Shown in pieces: positions 55,256 to 60,681 of a stretch of 60,681 nucleotides of DNA. The notes below the pieces were generated by a model. The model was given only the letters and a program-made list of their open reading frames with translations, had not been told where the DNA came from and ran no database searches. A program made the translations under genes and the position numbers. Position 1 is the first letter of the stretch. Each line of letters starts with the position of its first letter. The DNA is from a virus (taxonomy: Duplodnaviria > Caudoviricetes). Where the stretch lies: positions 1-60,681 of the IMG/VR virus record IMGVR_UViG_3300037343_000006, one strand, 5' to 3'.

Positions 55256-58200
55256 TGCCACCTCTTTTTATCGCCGCAGCTGTTGGGGCCGCCGCAGGAG
55301 CTGGCGCTGTCGCGCTTGGAGCTGGCGCTGTCGCTGCTACCGTTGTGGGGGTAGGCGCAGGTGTTATCGCCCATAAGTCAGGTGCGGCTGACTGGGTGTT
55401 TGATAAGATTGTGAAGCCGGTGGGAAACGCGGTTAAGAACGTATTAACGTCCGATATTGGCCAGTTTGTCCTTAAAGCTGCGGCGACGCTGTCCGGCAAC
55501 GCTTGGGCTATACCTCTAATCGACGGGGCCGCGACATTAGCAAACGGTGGTGATTTCGGCGACGCGCTGAAGTCTGCGGCTATCTCGTACGTCGGCGGCA
55601 AAGTGGGTCAGCTTGGCGGAGAACTGGCATCGCAGGCATTGGTTAATGCTGGGGCGTCAGAGTTTGCTACGCAGGTTATTAGTTCCGCGGCTGGCTCTGG
55701 CTCAGGCAGTGCGTCGGTCGCACTCATTATGGGGCAAGACCCGGTAAAGGCGTTTATTCAAGGCGGTTTATCTGGCGGGCTTAGCGCTGCAGCCGGATGG
55801 TTGGAGACCAACACTGAGGGTGCGTTTTCGAAACTACCCGATGCGGCTCGCAACGTAATCACCTCGGGGCTTTCCGCCGCGCTTACTGGTAAAGAAATTA
55901 CTTCAGACCTCGTCTGGAACGCCCTGCTCACAAGCGAGGGTGTAACAAAGACCATAAACAACTTCCTCGGGGAGAACGTCGGGCTTAAAGATAGCCTTAC
56001 AGAGAATCAGATCAGCGCGCTTACACTCGGCATCCAGCGTACTACCGCCACGGCGTTTAGCGGCGGTGACGTACCTGCGGCTATTCTCAACCAGCTTAGC
56101 CAGTACGGCGAAAAAGAGTTTGGCGAGTGGCTGGATAACAGCAAGTTCGGCGATACGGTAAACAATTCCCTAGACAAAATAACTGGGGATTATCAACGTA
56201 CCGAAGCCCAAGCCAAAAAGATGGATGGGGTTGTACAACAACACTCTAGTGCAGTCGCTAACTACGACAGCACGGTTCAGCAGATCAATGCAGGTGTGAC
56301 CGAGCAAGAGCGCCTGCGCACTGTTTATGATCGGGCGCTGCAGAACTTCCAAGCCAACGAGAACCAGACAAACGCCGATGCGTTGACTACCGCGGTTAGA
56401 AATTTAAACAATTACGCAGCTGATTTCGACACGCGCTACACAAACACGCTCATACCCAATCTCAACCGCTACGAGCAGCAGGCCGCAGACTTAGCGGCGC
56501 AGTTTGATGTAGAGACGAAAAACTATAATACGCTAGTCACAGACTTGTCGGTTTCCGCGGACCGCGTCGCCGAAGACCTTAAGCCCGTATATTCTGAGCT
56601 TGATCGGCAGTTTGTTAAGTTTATGGACCCGAACTTTAATGAGTCTGAGTACCGGCAGATCGCTGGGCTCGACGCTGACGACGATGCCTATCTGCACTGG
56701 CTGAGTGTGGGTAAGGAAGAAGGCCTGCCAAGCAACATGGCGGCGTACAAAGAAGAGTACGGGTCGTATCGGCAAAACATTATTAACTCCGTGCTGGATC
56801 GCGCGGGCCTGTCGCTCACAGATATGACTCAATTCGAGCGTGCGGCGTTTCTTGCGGATATCGACGAGCGGTATCCAACACTGCAAGACCTGCGCAACGC
56901 CCCAACACAGACGCTAGCCGACGAACTCCTCACCAACCAATCTATATCCGACCGGGCAACTGCGAAAAAGTACACCGCCGGATCGACACAGATCACACCA
57001 GAGATTAACGATGCATTGGCTCGCGCCGGGCTCGAACGGGGTATGGTCGGCGAGTACCTAACTCAAGACGATGTTCGCGCGTTGACTACGCCTCCAGTGC
57101 AGACGCGCGAAGAGGTTGTTCGCCCCACGGACGTCACCGATACAGATATCGCCAATGGTTCGGCGTCGTTATTCGTGAACAACGATGGCCTGCTTGAGTG
57201 GGGCAACATAGATATGAACATTCCATACTGGGATTCAAACCTCAAAAGGCTCGTGCGGAGAACCCCCCATATCGTAGGTACTGAATTACACGGCGGGTAC
57301 GGCATAGTAGACGCTTTCACTGGGGAACGCGTTGATAACGTGCTTCGGTTTTACATCACTAAGAACTTAGGAGACTTACGGGAGGACAACCCCAGCCTGT
57401 TTATTCAGGCTGTAGGGGGCCTCAGTGAAGCTGCCGGTGCGATTATTGACACGCAGGTTGGGCAGGCTGTGTCTGAGTTTGCTCGGAACGTTGTAAAATA
57501 TACTCAGACTCAGATGTCGCCTACTGAGATAGACACGTCTGATATGTCTCCTGAAGCCGCCGCGATTGCTGAACATCTTGTGAATAAAAATAACGCGTAC
57601 AAAGAGAATATACTCAACGGTGCTGGGTTAGCGGCACAAATGGGTGGCGACATACTGAGCGGGTTTAACGGCCTTTTTATATACGCCAACATCGACCCAA
57701 AAACCACGCCGTTTGCAGGGTGGGCAGACGACCTCATCACCGTGTCTACCCAGTTAAAAACTCCAGAGTGGCAAGAGGCGTTCAACCGCGCAGACATGCG
57801 CCGTAGGGGCATTGACCCAGCTACTGGGCAGCCCATCGAGCGCGAGTTTAGCCGCCTCAACGCACTGACCGATTTTGCGGGGGCGATTGAAGAAGCGCCT
57901 GTGCAGTTTGTTGTTGAGGCTATTGGGGTTGAAATAGGTCAGGAAGTTATTTCGTGGTTTCTCGGTGGCGCGGTCACAAAGGTAGCGAAACTAAGCGCGC
58001 GGGGGATGGGGAGAGAGATAGGCGAGCAAATGGCTCGGCGGATAACCGCGAGTAATGTCTTTGCTTTAGATATCGCCGAGTCTGCGGGGGGCGCTGCCGG
58101 TAGCGCGTATGACGAGTCGCTAAGCGCTGCGCTTAACTCTGGTATGAGCCAGAGTGAAGCAGAAACCTACGCCGCTGACATAGCTAAAACCGCTGGGATT

Positions 58201-60681
58201 ATAGCCGCCACGCTAACGATTGCGTCTGCGGGTATCGGCGGTAACGACTTTGAGCGGCTTATGCTCGGGGTCGACGAGCCCGGCGCTGTGGCTAACGCGT
58301 TTGATTTCTTAGTAGACAGGATCGCGACCGGTGCCTCCGTAACGATAAAAGAAGGTATTCAGGAGGCCTTCGAAGAAGGGCTGCCCTCACTGTACGTTGA
58401 AACGAGTTTGGCGCAAATTGACCCGAACCGCGGAGACATCCTCGATTCCGTAGCGCGTGACGCCCTGTTCGGTGCGTTTGTTGGTGCAGGTACGGCGGGG
58501 TCGATGTACACAGGCAATGTCGCTGCCGACGTATTGTTCCGCACAAACGCTGCAGTGCGTGACGCCATCGCTAATGGTGGGTCAGACCCAGAAGGCACGA
58601 AGGCCGCGTTGACGCGCTTAGGGTTAGACGACGAAGTCGCGCAGAACAACCTGCTCAGCACCGTTAACGATGAATACCACAGCAACGGAGATGTATCCCG
58701 TGCGTTCTCGGCAAACCCTGACTTCCGCGTAACTAACGCAGACATCCTAAACGGCGTGTTGAACTCCACAGGACAAGACGTCGCCACGTACGTGAACACC
58801 TACGTCGACCAGCGCTACGTCGATATCGCTGAGGTAAAGGCAGCTGCAGCTGCCGAAGGCGTCACGCTCACTGACGCGCAGGCGCAGGATATGGTCACAC
58901 AGACCGCTGACCCCGAAGCTACGCAAGCTGCGCTGTATTCGATCCAGCAGAAATACGACCCGGATGCAGTCAACGAGCAGGAAGCGCGCGAGGCGTTTCA
59001 AGCGCAGGGCTTTGACCCATCTGCTGAACAGGTTGCGCAGTTCGTGCGGGAAGGCGCTGAGGACAGTACCCTCCAAGAGCTGTCACAGTTTGTCGACGTT
59101 AATCAGGTTACTGAAGAAGAGGCCCGCCAATACTTTGCGGACATCGGCTACGATGCGACTGACGAAGAAGTCGCGCAGTTCGTGCGGCAACAAGCTGAAT
59201 CCGAAGTACAGAACGAAGTCGGTGCGTACACAGACCTCCGCATGGTGGACGTCGATGAAGTCCGTTCCGCATACGAAGCACTTGGGCTGTCTCGCCCAAC
59301 ACAGGCAGATTTAAATAAACTTATAGGTCAATACGCCGAAACAGACCTCGCGGGCCGCGCAGAAGAGAACCTGCCGAAAGCACAATTTAACTCGCTGCAG
59401 GCACAGCTCGAAGAGTTCCGGCAGGCCCTCGAGAATGGGGGGGTGCCATCAGATCAGATTGAACAGCGTATTGAAGAAGCTAGTACGGCGGTTCGCGCAG
59501 AGCTTGAGGCGCTGGGCTACACGCTTGACGAAGATATTGGCGAGCTGCGCGACGATGTTGCAGCCTCCGAACAGCGGTTGCTGGACCAGATCACAGCAAA
59601 CGAAGAAGCGGGCATGACCCGCGATGAGGCCATTCAAACTGCCGTTAACGAGCTAGCTACCGAGTTTGGTGTAGCACAAGAGGACATCTTTAGGCGCATT
59701 GGGGAGACAGAGCAGTCTCTCAACGACCGTATTTCCGGCGTCGAAACCGCCGTAGAAGACCTCGGCACCCAGCTTGGTGAAGTAGAAGCCTCGCTTCTTG
59801 ACCGTGTGCAGGAGCTAGAAGATGCTGGCATCCAACGCGACGACGCTATCCAGTCTGCTGTAGACGACCTTGCCGCGGAGCTTGGCACTACCCGCGAAGA
59901 ACTTCTCGCGGAAATCGGAGCTACGGAAGAAACGCTCCTGCAGACCGTTGCCGATACGCAAGCAGCGCTTGAGACACGGATTACCGGCGTCGAAACTGCC
60001 GTCCTTGACCGTGTGCAGGAGCTAGAGGATGCTGGCATCCAGCGGGACGACGCCCTTGGCACTGCCTTGGGCGAGCTCGCTACGGAGCTTGGTGTCACTG
60101 AAGAAAGCCTACTTCAGCAGATCGGGCAGACTGAACAGTCGTTGCTGGACCAGCTTGCTAATATCCAGACTGGCCTTGAAGGCCAGATCGGTGACGTAGA
60201 AGCGTCGCTTCTGGACCGTGTGCAGGAGCTAGAGGATGCTGGCATCCAGCGGGACGACGCCCTCGGCACTGCCTTGGGCGAGCTCGCTACGGAGCTTGGT
60301 GTCACTGAAGAAAGCCTACTTCAGCAGATCGGGCAGACTGAACAGTCGTTGCTGGACCAGCTTGCTAATATCCAGACTGGACTTGAAGGCCAGATCGGTG
60401 ACGTAGAAGCGTCGCTTTTGGACCGTGTGCAGGAGCTAGAGGATGCTGGCATCCAGCGGGACGACGCCCTCGGCACTGCCTTGGGCGAGCTCGCTACGGA
60501 GCTTGGTGTCACTGAAGAAAGCCTGCTTCAGCAGATCGGGCAGACTGAACAGTCGTTGCTGGACCAGCTTGCTAATATCCAGACTGGCCTTGAAGGCCAG
60601 ATCGGTGACGTAGAAGCGTCGCTTCTGGACCGTGTGCAGGAGCTAGAGGATGCTGGCATCCAGCGGGACGACGCCCTTGGC
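55255..60681 (+). CDS. Giant putative internal virion/ejection protein, N-terminal part (continues through the circular join to 1060; ~2119 aa)
   Basis: ATG 55255 (TAATG coupling), MPPLFIAAAVGAAAGAG...; the frame is open to the contig end, so it is absent from the ORF track; in frame with 2..1060. Confidence 0.85.
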   Translation, partial: MPPLFIAAAVGAAAGAGAVALGAGAVAATVVGVGAGVIAHKSGAADWVFDKIVKPVGNAVKNVLTSDIGQFVLKAAATLSGNAWAIPLIDGAATLANGGDFGDALKSAAISYVGGKVGQLGGELASQALVNAGASEFATQVISSAAGSGSGSASVALIMGQDPVKAFIQGGLSGGLSAAAGWLETNTEGAFSKLPDAARNVITSGLSAALTGKEITSDLVWNALLTSEGVTKTINNFLGENVGLKDSLTENQISALTLGIQRTTATAFSGGDVPAAILNQLSQYGEKEFGEWLDNSKFGDTVNNSLDKITGDYQRTEAQAKKMDGVVQQHSSAVANYDSTVQQINAGVTEQERLRTVYDRALQNFQANENQTNADALTTAVRNLNNYAADFDTRYTNTLIPNLNRYEQQAADLAAQFDVETKNYNTLVTDLSVSADRVAEDLKPVYSELDRQFVKFMDPNFNESEYRQIAGLDADDDAYLHWLSVGKEEGLPSNMAAYKEEYGSYRQNIINSVLDRAGLSLTDMTQFERAAFLADIDERYPTLQDLRNAPTQTLADELLTNQSISDRATAKKYTAGSTQITPEINDALARAGLERGMVGEYLTQDDVRALTTPPVQTREEVVRPTDVTDTDIANGSASLFVNNDGLLEWGNIDMNIPYWDSNLKRLVRRTPHIVGTELHGGYGIVDAFTGERVDNVLRFYITKNLGDLREDNPSLFIQAVGGLSEAAGAIIDTQVGQAVSEFARNVVKYTQTQMSPTEIDTSDMSPEAAAIAEHLVNKNNAYKENILNGAGLAAQMGGDILSGFNGLFIYANIDPKTTPFAGWADDLITVSTQLKTPEWQEAFNRADMRRRGIDPATGQPIEREFSRLNALTDFAGAIEEAPVQFVVEAIGVEIGQEVISWFLGGAVTKVAKLSARGMGREIGEQMARRITASNVFALDIAESAGGAAGSAYDESLSAALNSGMSQSEAETYAADIAKTAGIIAATLTIASAGIGGNDFERLMLGVDEPGAVANAFDFLVDRIATGASVTIKEGIQEAFEEGLPSLYVETSLAQIDPNRGDILDSVARDALFGAFVGAGTAGSMYTGNVAADVLFRTNAAVRDAIANGGSDPEGTKAALTRLGLDDEVAQNNLLSTVNDEYHSNGDVSRAFSANPDFRVTNADILNGVLNSTGQDVATYVNTYVDQRYVDIAEVKAAAAAEGVTLTDAQAQDMVTQTADPEATQAALYSIQQKYDPDAVNEQEAREAFQAQGFDPSAEQVAQFVREGAEDSTLQELSQFVDVNQVTEEEARQYFADIGYDATDEEVAQFVRQQAESEVQNEVGAYTDLRMVDVDEVRSAYEALGLSRPTQADLNKLIGQYAETDLAGRAEENLPKAQFNSLQAQLEEFRQALENGGVPSDQIEQRIEEASTAVRAELEALGYTLDEDIGELRDDVAASEQRLLDQITANEEAGMTRDEAIQTAVNELATEFGVAQEDIFRRIGETEQSLNDRISGVETAVEDLGTQLGEVEASLLDRVQELEDAGIQRDDAIQSAVDDLAAELGTTREELLAEIGATEETLLQTVADTQAALETRITGVETAVLDRVQELEDAGIQRDDALGTALGELATELGVTEESLLQQIGQTEQSLLDQLANIQTGLEGQIGDVEASLLDRVQELEDAGIQRDDALGTALGELATELGVTEESLLQQIGQTEQSLLDQLANIQTGLEGQIGDVEASLLDRVQELEDAGIQRDDALGTALGELATELGVTEESLLQQIGQTEQSLLDQLANIQTGLEGQIGDVEASLLDRVQELEDAGIQRDDALG
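59580..60681 (+). repeat. 207-bp (69-aa) coding tandem repeat
   Basis: Near-identical units at about 60004, 60211, 60418 and 60625 (continuing at 71); diverged units near 59580, 59797 and 268. Confidence 0.9.

Noticed and set aside
60555-60681. Physical direct terminal repeat
   Set aside because: It is exactly 127 nt, mid-gene and inside a tandem repeat; an assembler circularisation overlap explains it better.
1-60681. tRNA genes, introns or inteins
   Set aside because: No cloverleaf was seen, and PolA, TerL and the helicase are uninterrupted and of ordinary length; tRNAscan was not run.

Overview
The window is an essentially complete, circularly assembled dsDNA tailed-phage genome of about 60,554 bp unique sequence; positions 60555-60681 repeat 1-127. 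The organisation is podovirus-like. A rightward virion arm starts at 33557 and wraps through the contig end to 11635: terminase subunits, portal, GroES-like protein, scaffold, major capsid, adaptors, a beta-propeller tail fibre, a lysis cassette with spanins, nozzle, and very large internal/ejection proteins. These include a ~2119-aa ORF missing from the ORF track and a 2322-aa zincin + PLxRFG polyvalent protein. A leftward early/replication arm (33013 to 11726) carries a DUF3150-like gene, MoxR AAA+, vWA-metallopeptidase, DEDDh exonuclease, VRR-NUC, PolA, Cas4-like nuclease, SNF2 helicase, SSB-like protein and AEP primase-DUF927. The host is Gram-negative (spanins) and possibly alphaproteobacterial (GcrA-like HTH; inference). 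I saw no integrase, tRNA, RNA polymerase or CRISPR array. The most unusual signals are: (1) 16 dispersed GTTAGTG-N3/4-CACTAAC palindromes confined to the early arm; (2) a [FYM]-x-x-G-G tag shared by ejection proteins and small basic proteins, together with a tape-measure-type GEFV module; (3) six beta-clamp-like QxxLF/MF motifs plus a nested gene in the polyvalent protein; (4) a duplicated TTGACA-hairpin cassette with compensatory stem changes in the non-coding divergence region. All family calls come from motif recognition by eye, not from database searches.
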